Translations under genes and position numbers: made by a program | NCBI GenBank assembly: GCA_002269645.1 | Contig: NIVC01000368.1 | Location: 186,001-250,000, forward strand | Length of the DNA stretch: 64,000 bases | Direction: 5' to 3' | DNA from: Macrostomum lignano | Lineage: Eukaryota | Notes under the pieces: generated by a model | Databases searched by the model: none | What the model was told of the DNA's origin: nothing | The model's input: only the letters and a program-made list of their open reading frames with translations | Part shown: positions 49,282 through 62,261 of the stretch, in pieces | Numbering within the stretch: position 1 is the first letter of the stretch | Layout: the number at the start of each line of letters is the position of its first letter

Positions 49282-49767
49282 TGGGTCCATGAGAATTGCC
49301 CGCAGACTTATTGCCCGCCGAGATTTGCCCGCAGGAGATTTGCCCGTGGAGATTTGCCCGCCGAGCTTTTCCCGCGGAGATTTGCCCGCAGTGCATTTTG
49401 CCCGTGAGCGAATTGCCCGTGGAGATTTGCCCGCCGAGAATTGCCCGCCGAGATTTGCCCGCAGTGCAATTTTCCCGCGAGTGAATTGCCCGCGAGCGAA
49501 TTGCCCGCCGAGTTTTTTCCCGCCGAGGTTTGCCCGCAATGCTTTTTTCCTGCAGCGCATTTAGCCACGCGTCAGATTTTGTCTGCATTGCCTTCCCAAT
49601 GCTTTGTACGTGTTAATCTCAATAAAGAGATTTACACGATCAAAACGTTTTGATAGTAACTGCATATCAAATGCATATTTTGGGGGGAGCAATGTAGACA
49701 GAATCTAGCTGCCAAATGCGCTGCAAAAAAGCATTGCAGGCAAACCTCGGCGGGAAAAAACTCGGAA
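49282..49767. repeat. TTGCCCGC-motif cluster with a partial inverted copy (MULE/foldback-like terminus)
   Basis: About 20 TTGCCCG motifs at 49290-49540; 49509-49563 is inverted at 49714-49767. Confidence 0.5.
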
Positions 49768-51359
49768 AATAAATATAGTATTTATAAACGTTTAAAGATT
49801 TTCCTAACTCAGTTAATTTTACATCCTTGAAACACGTTCACTTAGTGTATTTTTGTTCCAAAAATTATTTTTTATACATTATCGTTTTTTGACCCGGACA
49901 TATCACAAAAATTCGGATATCGCAAAGCAAACCTTAGTTTTTCGGCCGGATATATTTCAACCTGCTTGTGACTTCCGGGGGACGGAGACTGGAAGCACCC
50001 CGGAGAACGTAAAGCAGCCTGAGATATCCGGGCCGGATTACAGCTTTAAGATGCTTGAATATCCGGGGGAGATCCAGAAAGTACTTGTACTATCTGGGCG
50101 GACAACACAAGACACGGATATCCGAAAGTATAACACCGGTCTCACGCATACATGTACGTAGCTCAGAACCGCGTACTTCCAGGAACTTAGAAATCAGTAT
50201 TTCCCGGCCTGCATTCATGGTTGTAGTACATGGTTGTAGAAAAGATCGGATGCAAAATAAAGTACATAATATGCATTTATAGATGATCAGTAATTTAATT
50301 TGTGTTCAAATTTATTGTCAGTCTGTTAAATATAATTTCTTTCTAAAAGTTCATATTAAAGAGACAACAAAGAAGATGGTAAATTAAGGTTTTTGTCCGT
50401 AATTTAAACGAATTAATACTGTTACTGCAGACATTGGATGACAAGGGAATGCATATGAATAAGAGCAGTAAATAAAGTTGAGAGAAGTAAATTATTTAAA
50501 ACGTAGGTTACTTCTTTTCAATATAAGTTACATGCATGAGTCATTTAAGAAGCCTGTACGAGGGTATATACCGTATATGTTGTCGGACGAGCAACGAATG
50601 TCGAGAGCATTTAGACAAAAAAATGGGCAATTTAAAACACTTACTTTTTATAGTCGTTTAAATATAAAAAATAGCGAATATTAACAAATTAAATTTCATC
50701 CATTTTTCATCGTATAGTACAATTGGAACCAACCAGTGTTTTTTTAAGTTGCATAATTTATAAATAATAAAGTTGGTCTTGAGCACCTCAACTCATCGAT
50801 TTCGATCACTCCAGCGTGTCCAGGAATTCAAAAGCTTGCAGAGCTGAAATTCGTGTGAAAAGTTACAGGTTCGCTGAAACTTTTATAATCCAATTTTAAT
50901 TTATTAGTAAAATAGTAGACCTTGAGCTTATAAATTTAAATTTTTTAAATGTTGCACAAAAGTTTAATCACGCGACCAAACGCGGAAGATCGCGTAATTA
51001 AAATTAGCTCGTATTGTAAATGTAATAAAAGTCACGTGACTAAACGAATCCCAATCGCACGCCGGTAGTGGGTATCCCTCTATCCAAAAATAGAAACATA
51101 GAAACCATATAGAGGGAAATCCCATAGTGATAAAGCAATCTGAACCACGGGTCGGCAAACTCCACATGCGGCGCCCGCGAAGCCTCGGCCCTCTATCCGG
51201 CCCTCGGGTCTCTTCTCAGCTCTCTCCTCTCCTCTCGCCTCTACTCTTTTCTCCTCTATTTCCTCGCCTCTCCTGTCTCCTATTTCTCTTCTCTCTTCTC
51301 TATGCCAAATAATTTACATGTAAAATGTGACTGCATGATGCCTGTCTATAGTTGCTACG

Positions 51360-51373
51360 GTTGCTATGGCAAC
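51360..51373. promoter_or_regulatory. RFX X-box GTTGCTATGGCAAC with adjacent CCAAT
   Basis: Consensus match. Confidence 0.45.
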
Positions 51374-51420
51374 CAATCCAAAATAGAGAACTCAACAAAA
51401 ACTTATACTAGAATTCTCAC

Positions 51421-53296
51421 CCTCCTGCTTGAGCACAGTGCTCGTCACGCTTCGTCCGTCCTCTTCGCCGCCAAGATTGACCCGGTTGAGGCCCCGGTGC
51501 CTGGGCGGTACCGGGTCTTCCACCTGTTCCGGTTGTGGTTTTTGTTGCCTTGCAAAAGAATCCGACCTAGTTGCTGTCTTAGGAAAGCTCGGGCCAACTT
51601 GCACAGCCTGCGGTGGCGGCGGCGGTGCCGGGTGCTTCTTCCTGCCTAAAAGTTCCTCTTCGATCTGAGTTGGCAGGACTCGAACCATGGCAGCCGACTG
51701 CCTGGGCAGGGAGCGGTCCTGGCCCGAGCTGCTACTGCTAGTAGCTGAGTAGGAGACTGGAGATGAAGCGAAAACTTGGCCGCTGACGAGCTCTACACTG
51801 CTACCAGTTTTGGCTCGCTGTTCGGCATAGGACAGTCGCTTCTGATGTTGTTGCGGCTGTTGCTGTTGCTGCTGCTGCTGGGGTTGCTGCTCAGCGTAAG
51901 ACAGCCGCTTTGAGTAGTCTGAGACGGCAACAGCGCGTCGGGATGTCGGGCCGAGACCGTCTTGACTGAGAAAGGTGCGCGGATCCAGGGTTGTTGCGGG
52001 AGAAGTTCGCACCTGCGGATGCTGGATTAGAGCGGCTGAGCTCTTGCCAGGGGCCAATGAGTCCGGCCGGTCGCTGGGTTTGTCTGGTTTGATGCGGGTT
52101 TTGGGGGACTGAGATGTAGCTGGGAGACAAAAACCTGATCGAGTATCCTTCTGACATGCATAGATGCAAGTGCTCGAAATGATACGGTATCTATAATGCA
52201 TCATCTAGCATTCATCTTTCAGCATCCATTATCGATAATCACAATCCAGCATCTATGATCCTTAATCCAACATCCTTCATCCAACATCCCTAATCCAACA
52301 TCCTTCATCCAACATCCCTAATCCAGCATCCTTCACCCAACATCCCTAATCCAGCATCCTTCATCCAACATCCCTAACCCAGCATCCTTCATCCCTAATC
52401 CAGCATTCATCATCCCTAATCCAGCATTCATCATCCCTAATCCAGCATCCTTCATCCCTAATCCAGCATCCATCATCCCTAATCCAGCATCCATCATCCC
52501 CAATCCAGCATCCATCATCCCCAATCCAGCATCCATCATCCCTAATCCAGCATCCATCATCCCCAATCCAGCATCCATCATCCCTAATCCAGCATCCATC
52601 ATCCCCAATCCAGCATCCATCATCCCTAATCCAGCATCCATCATCCCTAATCCAGCATCCATCATCCCCAATCCAGCACCCATCATCCCTAATCCAGCAT
52701 CCATCATCCATCATTCCTCATCGCTAATCTGGCATCTATCATCGATCATAACGCATCGTCCATTTATCCGTAATCAATACTCCAGCATCCATATTCCCCA
52801 GCATCCATCGTTCATCATCTACAATAGCAAACGTCAATCAGAGCTTAAATCTTACTGGACTCAAGCGAAGCCGTGTAAGACATCGGTCTCAGAAGGCTGG
52901 AATTCCGAAACAGACTGGTGGTCGAGCCCACAACCGCTGCTCCATCGAGCTGGTTCGAACTGGAGCTGAAGGCTGGATTCGTGTCTGAAAGTAGTGCGTT
53001 GGAAAATAGCTGGAATTTTATAAATCAGCCGATCCAATTTGATTATTTAGACGTGATTCTAGTACTACTGAGGTCCTGGGCTCGATTCTGGCTCATGATA
53101 AATTTACCACTCTGGGTGGGTCACATGTACACTGTCGATGAGCAAGTGAAGACACATATGTATACATTGCTGTTAAACTAACTGGTCAGTTATTTAATCG
53201 AAATATCATTCAACAAATCAATCTATCAATAATCGATCAATCAGTCAGTGAAGCAATCAACGAATAAATTGATCAATCGATTAATTAATCAATAAA

Positions 53297-53363
<67 letters not shown>

Positions 53364-53396
53364 GTCAGTATGTCAGTCAGTCAGTCAGTCAGTCAG

Positions 53397-53431
<35 letters not shown>

Positions 53432-53460
53432 GTCAGTATGTCAGTCAGTCAGTCAGTCAG

Positions 53461-53511
<51 letters not shown>

Positions 53512-53834
53512 GTCAGTCAGTCAGTCAGTCAATCAATCAACCAATCAATCAATTAATCACCAATCAATCAATCAATCAGTCAGCCAATCAAACAATTAAT
53601 CAACTGTTCAAGGAATGGATGGATCAATCAATCAATAAATCGATCAATCTATCATCAAAGCAGCTATTCACTCATCAATCCACCAATCCAGAAAACGCCA
53701 GCACAACTTACACTGAACATTGGCCGGTACAGGTCGAGTTCGCTTTCGTCCACCGCTGTCACCTCCTCCGCTGCCGCTGCCGCCTCTGACCCCGGCTCCG
53801 TTGCCAGCATCTGCAGTTTGCACTTTGCCACCAT
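51421..53834 (-). CDS. Unidentified host gene, low-complexity protein; exons 53834-53712, 53009-52856, 52119-51421 (continues)
   Basis: Three GC-rich exons join in frame through GTAAG/GTGAG donors and CAG acceptors; repeated KRLSYAEQ and poly-Q. Confidence 0.6.
52260..52710. repeat. Intronic minisatellite, 21-bp unit CATCCCTAATCCAGCATCCAT
   Basis: Direct tandem copies. Confidence 0.95.
53290..53640. repeat. (ATCA)n/(GTCA)n microsatellite
   Basis: Direct inspection. Confidence 0.95.
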
Positions 53835-54029
53835 TCCTGACTGCTTCAGCCGGCTTGGCAACTCCTGGCAGCGCCATCGGCCCGAAGTTGCTGGCACCGG
53901 CTACTACTCCAGCGCCTCCGCGGGAGTTAATCGAATTTTTTACTTCTGTGTCGGATCTCGTTGCATCCTTTTCACTGCAGGGTTTCCGTAGTTATGCAGT
54001 TTTTTTAGAACAGATTTTTTGTGTTTACC

Positions 54030-54062
54030 TGTTAGACAGTGTGTGTGTGTTCACCTGTTAGA

Positions 54063-54121
<59 letters not shown>

Positions 54122-54135
54122 CACCTGTTAGACAA
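54030..54135. repeat. (TG)n microsatellite flanked by CACCTGTTAGAC copies
   Basis: Direct inspection. Confidence 0.9.
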
Positions 54136-54544
54136 AGGTGGTAATCTGTTAGACATGTTAGACAGTGCGATCGTGAGAAATGTTAGATAGTGAGTGTCAT
54201 CAGTTATAACAAGTTTCAATGAGTTACACCTGTACAGCTGAATATTAAAATTGAAATTAGTTAACAAAATCGCTGTACAGTCATTAAGATCGATCGCTCA
54301 CTCCTCTCTCTGACGCCGCTTAACAAGGCAGTAGATGAGCAGCACAAAGAGAGCGGCAGCAATTGTGGCACCCAAGCTGATGCCAGCGATTGCCAAGCCG
54401 TAGTGAACTGGACTGCTGAACTGGGCTTGAAAGCTGTCTGCGGTCACTGCTGTAATGGTGGGGTTTTGGTAGGCGGTTGGGGAAAATACTTGTTATAATA
54501 GTTATTATAGACTTTTGATGGATGATTGCCATTGCCTGTAATAA

Positions 54545-55120
54545 CATGATTCTGTGAATGTGACTGTGATATTAAATGATTCTGTGGATGTGACTGCGAT
54601 ATGATATGATATGATTCTGTGAATGTGACTGTGATATTAAATGATTCTGTGGATGTGACTGCGATATGATATGATATGATTCTGTGAATGTGACTGTGAT
54701 ATTAAATGATTCTGTGGATGTGACTGCGATATGATATGATATGATTCTGTGAATGTGACTGTGATATTAAATGATTCTGTGGATGTGACTGCGATATGAT
54801 ATGATTCTGTGAATGTGAATGTGATATTATATGATTCTGTGAATGTGACTGTGATAAATTATATTATTCTGTGAATGTGGCTGTGATATGATATGATTCT
54901 GTGAATGTGAGTGTTATATGATTGATTCTGTGAATGTGACTGTGATAAATTATATTATTCTGTGAATTTGACTGAGATATTATATTATTCTGTGAATGTG
55001 ACTGTGATATTATATGATTCTGTGAATGTGACTGAGATATTATATGACTCTGTGAATGTGACTGTGATATTATGATTCTGTGAATGTAACCGTGAACGGA
55101 AGTGTGATTTATGCTATGAT
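54545..55120. repeat. Minisatellite ATGATTCTGTGAATGTGACTGTGATATT-type (28-38 bp variants)
   Basis: Direct tandem copies with a two-unit higher-order pattern. Confidence 0.92.
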
Positions 55121-55964
55121 TCCGTGAATTAAAGTGCGACCTAGAAATCTGTGAATGAGACTGTGACCTCGATAATATATTATTTTGTGAACGCCAGCTA
55201 AGCCGTGACCTTGACATTTTCAGAGTCGTGAATACTGAATTAAACCTGCCAGTCTCACCTCCAATATCGCAGCAGGTGGCAATAGAAGTCAGCCAAACAG
55301 TCGTTAACTGATGAATGCAGGGGCCCATAATTCTCTCTGCATAGATTTAGCAATCCTCTAATAAAATGAATTCTGTTTGTGAGAAGATGTGCAGAGTAAA
55401 TGCGCACAGCATAACGAGCTGCAAGGCTCGGGTTTTTGGCCTGAGTTTTCAGCTCTCAGTTATAACTATATAAAAGCTTAGGCAGAAAAATGGCTGCCCC
55501 CCCCCCAAGCCAATTAACCAAAGCCAGTTTGTCAGCCTCCAAACCCGAGCAGCGAGTAAGATGAAGCGATCAAGAAAAACAGAGAAAGAATGAGATAGAC
55601 AGACGCAGAAATGGACAATAGATGTGAGTGTATGTGTTGGTGGGGGTTTCTGCTTGAGAACTTGCATTCCAGATCTTCAATGGTGTGTGCAGTGTGGACA
55701 TTGTGTTTGTGCAGTGTAAGCTTCAGACTAAAAAGCTATTTTTCTTTTCTATTCTTCACTATACAGCACTCTTACAGCTGAAATGGACCAAACTGACAAA
55801 AATGATGGCTGAGTAGAAATAGAGCAGTCCTTTAATTGACCAAAGCACTTTAAAGAAGCTTTGAGCAGTTTAATAAGCTTGATAAAATGTCTCTTTTGAT
55901 CTGTACTTTACGGATCCACCTTGCATGTAGCCATCGTGATCTGCGTTGCTGCTTGTCAGACAAA

Positions 55965-56795
55965 GACAAGTTGGGTGTCAGGAGAGAGTCAAGTTGGGTG
56001 TCAGGAGAGAGACAAGTTGGGTGTCATGAGAGAGTCAAATTGGGTGTCAGGAAAGTCAAGTTGGGTGTCATGAGAGAGTCAAGTTGGGTGTCAGGAGAGA
56101 GGCAAGTTGGGTGTCAGGAGAGAGACAAGTTGGGTGTCAGGAGAGAGGCAAGTTGGGTGTCAGGAGACAGACAAGTTGGGTGTCAGGAAAGTCAAGTTGG
56201 GTGTCAGGAGAGAGACAAGTTGGGTGTCAGGACAGAGACAAGTTGGGTGTCAGGACAGAGACAAGTTGGGTGTCAGGACAGAGACAAGTTGGGTGTCAGG
56301 ACAGAGACAAGTTAGGTGTCAGGAGAGAGGCAAGTTGGGTGTCAGGAGAGAGACAAGTTGGGTGTCAGGACAGAGACAAGTTGGGTGTCAGGAGAGAGAC
56401 AAGTTGGGTGTCAGGAGAGAGACAAGTTGGGTGTCAGGAGAGAGGCAAGTTGGGTGTCAGGAGAGAGGCAAGTTGGGTGTCAGGAGAGAGACAAGTTGGG
56501 TGTCAGGAGAGAGACAAGTTGGGTGTCAGGACAGAGACAAGTTGGGTGTCAGGAGACAGACAAGTTGGGTGTCAGGAGAGAGACAAGTTGGGTGTCAAGA
56601 CAGAGTCAAGTTGGGTGTCAGGAGAGAGTCAAGTTGGGTGTCAGGAGAGAGACAAGTTGGGTGTCAAGACAGAGACAAGTTGGGTGTCAGGAGAGAGTCA
56701 AGTTGGGTGTCAGGAGAGAGACAAGTTGGGTGTCAGGAGAGAGTCAAGTTGGGTGTCAGGAGAGAGACAAGTTGGGTGTCAGGAGAGTCAATTTG
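55965..56795. repeat. Minisatellite, 23-bp unit GACAAGTTGGGTGTCAGGAGAGA
   Basis: About 36 copies. Confidence 0.97.
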
Positions 56796-57159
56796 GGTGC
56801 CGCCAGTGCGAAACAGTGTAGGGTTGCTTAAGACTGGTAATTCGACAACCAACAGTAAATGCCGAAGCCACTTCACCTAATTAGGGCGTAGCGGAGCAGT
56901 GCTTTGCGAACAGGCCGTGTGTGACTCAGCTGTATTGTCGGAGAAAAGACTACTACTGAAAATTGTAAGACGTATAACTGTTTCTAATTTTAGAAACATT
57001 TACGTACAAAAACTATTCACGCTTAAAAACGGATTTGTTATTGCAATAGCGGCATCAAACTTATAATTAAATTTTTCACTTAATTTGCACCTGCATTTAG
57101 AACTCCACGAAAAATTTTGCTTTTCAGGAAGCAAAAAGCAAAAAATCAGACCTGTTTTT

Positions 57160-57700
57160 TTGTCACTCCCCTGCACCTGTTTCTGTCACTCCCCCTTAGA
57201 TCTTTTTATGTCACTCCCCTACACCTGTTTCTGTCACTCCATCTTAGATCTTTTTATGTCACTCCCCTACACCTGTTTCTGTCACTCCCCCTTAGATCTT
57301 TTTATGTCACTCCCCTACACCTGTTTCTGTCACTCCATCTTAGATCTTTTTATGTCACTCCCCTACACCTGTTTCTGTCACTCCATCTTAGATCTTTTTA
57401 TGTCACTCCCCTACACCTGTTTCTGTCACTCACCCTTAGATCTTTTTATGTCACTCCCCTACACCTGTTTCTGTCACTCCCCTACACCTGTTTCTGTCAC
57501 TCCCCTACACCTGTTTCTGTCACTCACCCTTAGATCTTTTTATGCCACTGCCCTGCACTTGTTTTTGTCACTCCCCTGCACCTGTTTTTGTCACTCCCCT
57601 GCACTTGTTTTTGTCACTCCCCTGCACTTGTTTTTGTCACTCCCCTGCACCTGTTTTTGTCACTCCCCTGCACTTGTTTTTGTCACTCCCCTGCACCTGC
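57160..57700. repeat. Minisatellite, 23-bp unit GTCACTCCCCTACACCTGTTTCT with a ~52-bp higher-order repeat
   Basis: Direct tandem copies. Confidence 0.95.
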
Positions 57701-57972
57701 ACAAAAATTTGTCTCGCCTCTGGCCTTAGATTTTCTCACAACCTGCAAGTTCAGTTTATCGCCACCTGACCTCATCGGATAAATACAATGACTAAGCTTA
57801 GTGGCTAACGCAGAGAAAGGCCATTAGGGTCGCGACCCCTCCATCACCCCCTATAGAGACTAAATGAAAGTTTGGCAATCATGCTTAAAGTATGATAGAA
57901 GCTCACTTGGACACATCTTGGACTTGGCATCTACGGGTCTTAAGATACAGGAGTACTGTAAAGGACGCTAAT

Positions 57973-58522
57973 CAAGAGACAGGGGCGCCCACCAAGAGAC
58001 ATAGGCGCCACCAAGAGACATAGGCGCCCACCAAGAGACAGGGGCGCCCACCAAGAGACAGGGGCGCCCATCAAGAGACATGGGCGCCTACCAAGAGACA
58101 CGGGCGCCCACCAAGAGACAGGGGCGCCCACCAAAAGACACGGGCGCCAACCAAGAGACAGGGGCGCCAACCAAGAGACAGGGGCGCCAACCAAGAGACA
58201 GGGGCGCCCATCAAGAGACAGGGGCGCCCACCAAGAGACAGGGGGCGCCCACCAAGAGACAGGGGCGCCCACCAAGAGACAGGGGGCGCCCACCAAGAGA
58301 CAGGGGCGCCAACCAAAAGACACGGGCGCCAACCAAGAGACAGGGGCGCCCACCAAGAGACAGGGGCGCCCACCAAGAGACAGGGGCGCCCACCAAGAGA
58401 CAGGGGGCGCCCACTAAGAGACAGGGGCGCCCACCAAGAGACACGGGCGCCAACCAAGAGACAGGGGCGCCCACCAAGAGACGGGGGCGCCCACCAAGAG
58501 ACATGGGCGCCAACCAAGAGAC
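57973..58522. repeat. Minisatellite, 20-21 bp unit CCAAGAGACAGGGGCGCCCA
   Basis: About 27 copies. Confidence 0.96.
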
Positions 58523-58911
58523 CTAATCTTGTCAAACTTTAAGGTTGCAACGCCCCTAAAATTAAATTCCACGCGTACGTCACTGATTACTCGTACAATA
58601 CCTTATTAAACTAACACAGATCTTAGTTTGAATACAACAGCAAACAACATAGGTGGCGTAGGTGGCGGCGGCATGAGATCAAGCATCTCAGGTGAGCCGA
58701 GCTCTCATTCCGCCATTGCACACTGCTCTGACTGCGTACTCAATTAAAATTGTTGATCCAGTTTGAAAAAACAGCATTTTCGAATATTGCTCAACCTAAA
58801 TGTTCACACGCAAGTCTTGCTTTACACAGTATCAAATACATATGTAGCTCGTAGATAAAGATAAAGATGCCTAATCAATCATCCAATAGGATTTTATTAC
58901 TACAGCGGGCT

Positions 58912-59222
58912 TGTAGGTTGTAGCCTAGTGGTTAGAACGTCTGACTCACGATTGAAAGGTCGGGGGTTCGATTCCCGATCCCACTCGGAATAATTTGTGT
59001 CCTTGAGCAAGACACTTAACTCTGCATTGCTTCAGTTCACCCAGCTGTAAAATGGGTGCTAGCATTAGCTGGGGTAATTGAGGGTGTGTGTGGCGACCCC
59101 CCAGTCCTTGGACTGAACAGCCGTACGCAGCCTTCAGATGCGCCGCGCAATAGCTGCGGCTGAGCTGTCGGTTGCATATCTGGCGCATTAGGACAGGTGT
59201 AATCAATTATTATTACTAATAC
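58912..59222 (+). mobile_element. tRNA-derived SINE with CORE-like domain
   Basis: A box TAGCCTAGTGGTT (58921), B box GGTTCGATTCC (58965); TGTCCTTGAGCAAGACACTTAAC...CTGTAAAATGGG resembles the MIR CORE; (TTA)n tail. Confidence 0.8.
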
Positions 59223-59454
59223 TGCATAAAACTTTCTTTAAAACCCCAACACTGACCCGAATCTAAATCTTTCGGCAGTTAAATTGCAGCCTGGAGGACT
59301 GGCCCCATTTCCCGTCGCATCTACAAAGATAATACTGCAATAATAACTCACACGAAGATAAGAAGGGGATTTGACTTTGACCCGAGAGAGGAAGAGATAA
59401 ATAGTGGAGATCGGGGAGAAAAGGTATGGAGGGGGGAGAGAAGGTTGACATGTA

Positions 59455-60590
59455 AAGTGGGAGAGGGAGAGAGAGGAATAGGGAGAAGGGGAGGGAAAGA
59501 ATGAGGAGATGTGGAGAGGGAGAGAGAGGGAGAGAGGAAGAGAGGGAGGGAGAGAGGAAGAGAGGGAGGGAGAGGGAGAGAGGAAGAGAGGGAGGGAGAG
59601 AGGAAGAGAGGGAGGGAGAGGGAGAGAGGAAGAGAGGGAGGGAGAGGGAGAGAGGAAGAGAGGGAGGGAGAGGGAGAGAGGAAGAGAGGGAGGGAGAGGG
59701 AGAGAGGAAGAGAGGGAGGGAGAGAGGAAGAGAGGGAGGGAGAGGGAGAGAGGAAGAGAGGGAGGGAGAGGGAGAGAGGAAGAGAGGGAGGGAGAGGGAG
59801 AGAGGAAGAGAGGGAGGGAGAGGGAGAGAGGAAGAGAGGGAGGGAGAGGGAGAGAGGAAGAGAGGGAGGGAGAGGGAGAGAGGAAGAGAGGGAGGGAGAG
59901 GGAGAGAGGAAGAGAGGGAGGGAGAGGGAGAGAGGAAGAGAGGGAGAGAGGAAGAGAGGGAGGGAGAGGGAGAGAGGAAGAGAGGGAGGGAGAGGGAGAG
60001 AGGAAGAGAGGGAGAGAGGAATGGAGGGAGGGAGAGAGGAAGAGAGGGAGAGGGAGAGAGGAAGAGAGGGAGGGAGAGGGAGAGAGGAAGAGAGGGAGAG
60101 GAAGAGAGGAATGGAGGGAGAGGGAGAGAGGAAGAGAGGGAGGGAGAGGGAGAGAAGAAGAGAGGGAGAGGGAGAGAGGAAGAGAGGGAGGGAGAGAGGA
60201 AGAGAGGGAGGGAGAGGGAGAGAGGAAGAGAGGGAGAGGGAGAGAGGAAGAGAGGGAGAGGGAGAGAGGAAGAGAGGGAGGGAGAGAGGAAGAGAGGAAG
60301 GGAGAGGGAGAGAGGAAGAGAGGGAGAGGGAGAGAGGAAGAGAGGGAGGGAGAGGGAGAGAGGAAGAGAGGGAGAGGGAGAGAGGAAGAGAGGGAGAGGG
60401 AGAGAGGAAGAGAGGGAGGAAGAGAGGGAGGGAGAGGGAGAGAGAGGAAGAGGGAGAAGGGGAGGGAAAGAATGAGGAGATGTGGAGAGGGAGAGAGAGG
60501 AAGAGAGGAAGAGAGGGAAGGAGAGGGAGAGAGGGAGAGAGGAATGGAGGGAGAGGGAGAGGAAGAGAGGGAGGGAGAGGGAGAGAGAAG
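59455..60590. repeat. Polypurine GA-rich array (GAGGAAGAGAGGGAGGGA-type units)
   Basis: Almost purely G/A on the plus strand; bounded by a direct repeat GGGAGAAGGGAGGGAAAGAATGAGGAGATGTGGAGAGG. Confidence 0.97.
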
Positions 60591-61911
60591 GGACCAAGTG
60601 TATCCGGGGAGATTAGCAGGCACACAGGTGGCGTCTCAAGCCCGCAGTCACTGATCGGATAGATTGATCAGAATAAAACAGTCAATGAAAAAAGGACAAA
60701 AACTCTTCATCAAATAGAGATTGTCTAATTATAGAAAATTAATGACTGGCGATCCAGAGAAAAAAACGCGGGCAAGGTTTCAATGAGCCAAGCCGAGTAT
60801 AATTTTGTACACAATACAGGATAGACACAAAATCGCTATGATATAGAATTGAAAATTCTGACACCCTCTTAAACATATATCAGAGTTAACAAGATCAGAA
60901 AGAAAGCAGAAACGCATTCAGACAGAAAAAGAGCTGAATACAAGTTTTACAGTGCAAAAGAAAGATTTGGGAACATTAAAAACCATATTTTAGTCATAAA
61001 TATTGCACAAGAAACCAAGGATTTGTACTAGACATTTAATTAAACCAATTATAGTCGTAATGTAAATTAATCTGCTTAACAAATTTAAAATTGAAAACTG
61101 TTTGGAAGACTAAAATATCATAATCATAGTGTTGATTTTCAACCGTTAGTGTTAAGTTAGGTTTATTATTTAGAAAATAAAATCAAAGCAGTCTGTCGAT
61201 AGATTTTTACATAGCTTATTTTAAATTCACGCCAAATTTCCGGCTTTTACGTATTATAACTTTTTCCAGATGCGAATTTAAACAAAAAATTCTGTACTTC
61301 TCATTCTATAATAATATGGCATAGGGAAGAGGTTGGGCAATGTTTTTATCTCAATGGCCAGATAAAAGGAAGGAGAAGGAATAGAGAAGAGATGAAAGAG
61401 AAGCTGAAATGAGAGGAGAGTAGAGAGCCGAGCTAAGCAGCTTAGTGGGCCGCATGTGGCTCAAGCGCCCACCCATTATTATTTATAAAGTTAAGTAGCT
61501 ATGAAAACAACTCTGAAATCTGGAAAGGAAGTCAGCAGAGACATTTTCCAAACAATTTAGACTACACTCAAAAAATATCTCAAAAGACGATTTAAAAAAT
61601 CTAAATTCTAATTCAAATTTGCGCCAAAAAGGACTCAAGTACAAGTAAAACAAATTACAATATAACCGAAACACTCAAAGCAACTTGCTATTCTTGTTTA
61701 GCTTTTTGGTTGTACAAAATTTGTTTAAATATTGTAATTTTCTGCTACTATGATATTTAAATCAACGGTTATAAACTTTTTGGCGCCAATTTAAATCAGT
61801 AAACAACACACGATAGATTGTCTTTAATAATCTTCAAATCCTTATAGATGCAGAAAAGTTGGGTTTCCATTCCAGACTACTAGAACTAGTAATCCCTAGT
61901 TTCACCCTTAC

Positions 61912-62249
61912 GCTGACTGTACAGACCCATCAGTGGGATTAACGGCAGCTGGGGCGATCTGATTATTTCTAGTCAATTTCCTGTGCTGTTGTTGATGCTG
62001 TTGACGACGCTGGCGTTGTTGTTGCTTAGCAACTGAAACCGGTTGCCTAGCAACAGCTGATCGACGAACTCCGCCTCGTCCAGAAACTCCAACTGTAGGC
62101 TCGGCTGCTGACAGCATCTGCCGGCACCGGGTGAGGAATGCCAAGGCTGGGTCGTAGTCCGGATCGTCAGAGTTGCTCAGAAAGGCCACAATAACAAAGG
62201 AGAGAAACACGGGAACGCTGCCGCAGTAAAAGCGCCAGTCGTATTGCAC
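61912..62249 (-). CDS. Exon of an unidentified, probably membrane, protein
   Basis: CACAG acceptor; hydrophobic VPVFLSFVIVAFL followed by a polar tail; GTAAG donor or TAA at 61910. Confidence 0.5.
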
Positions 62250-62261
62250 CTGTGGGTGATT

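Noticed and set aside
51068-51123. Short inverted repeat GGGTATCCCTCTAT...ATAGAGGGAAATCCC
   Set aside because: Isolated ~14-bp IR with no TSD or other support; probably a MITE remnant
55887-58535. ORFs over the 23-bp and 20-bp arrays
   Set aside because: Translations of tandem repeats in multiple frames
58912-58987. Functional tRNA gene
   Set aside because: The acceptor and anticodon stems pair poorly and the sequence runs straight into a CORE domain, so it is a SINE head
59238-60662. Long Ser/Leu/Pro and Glu/Arg/Gly ORFs
   Set aside because: Artifacts of the stop-free GA repeat, open in several frames
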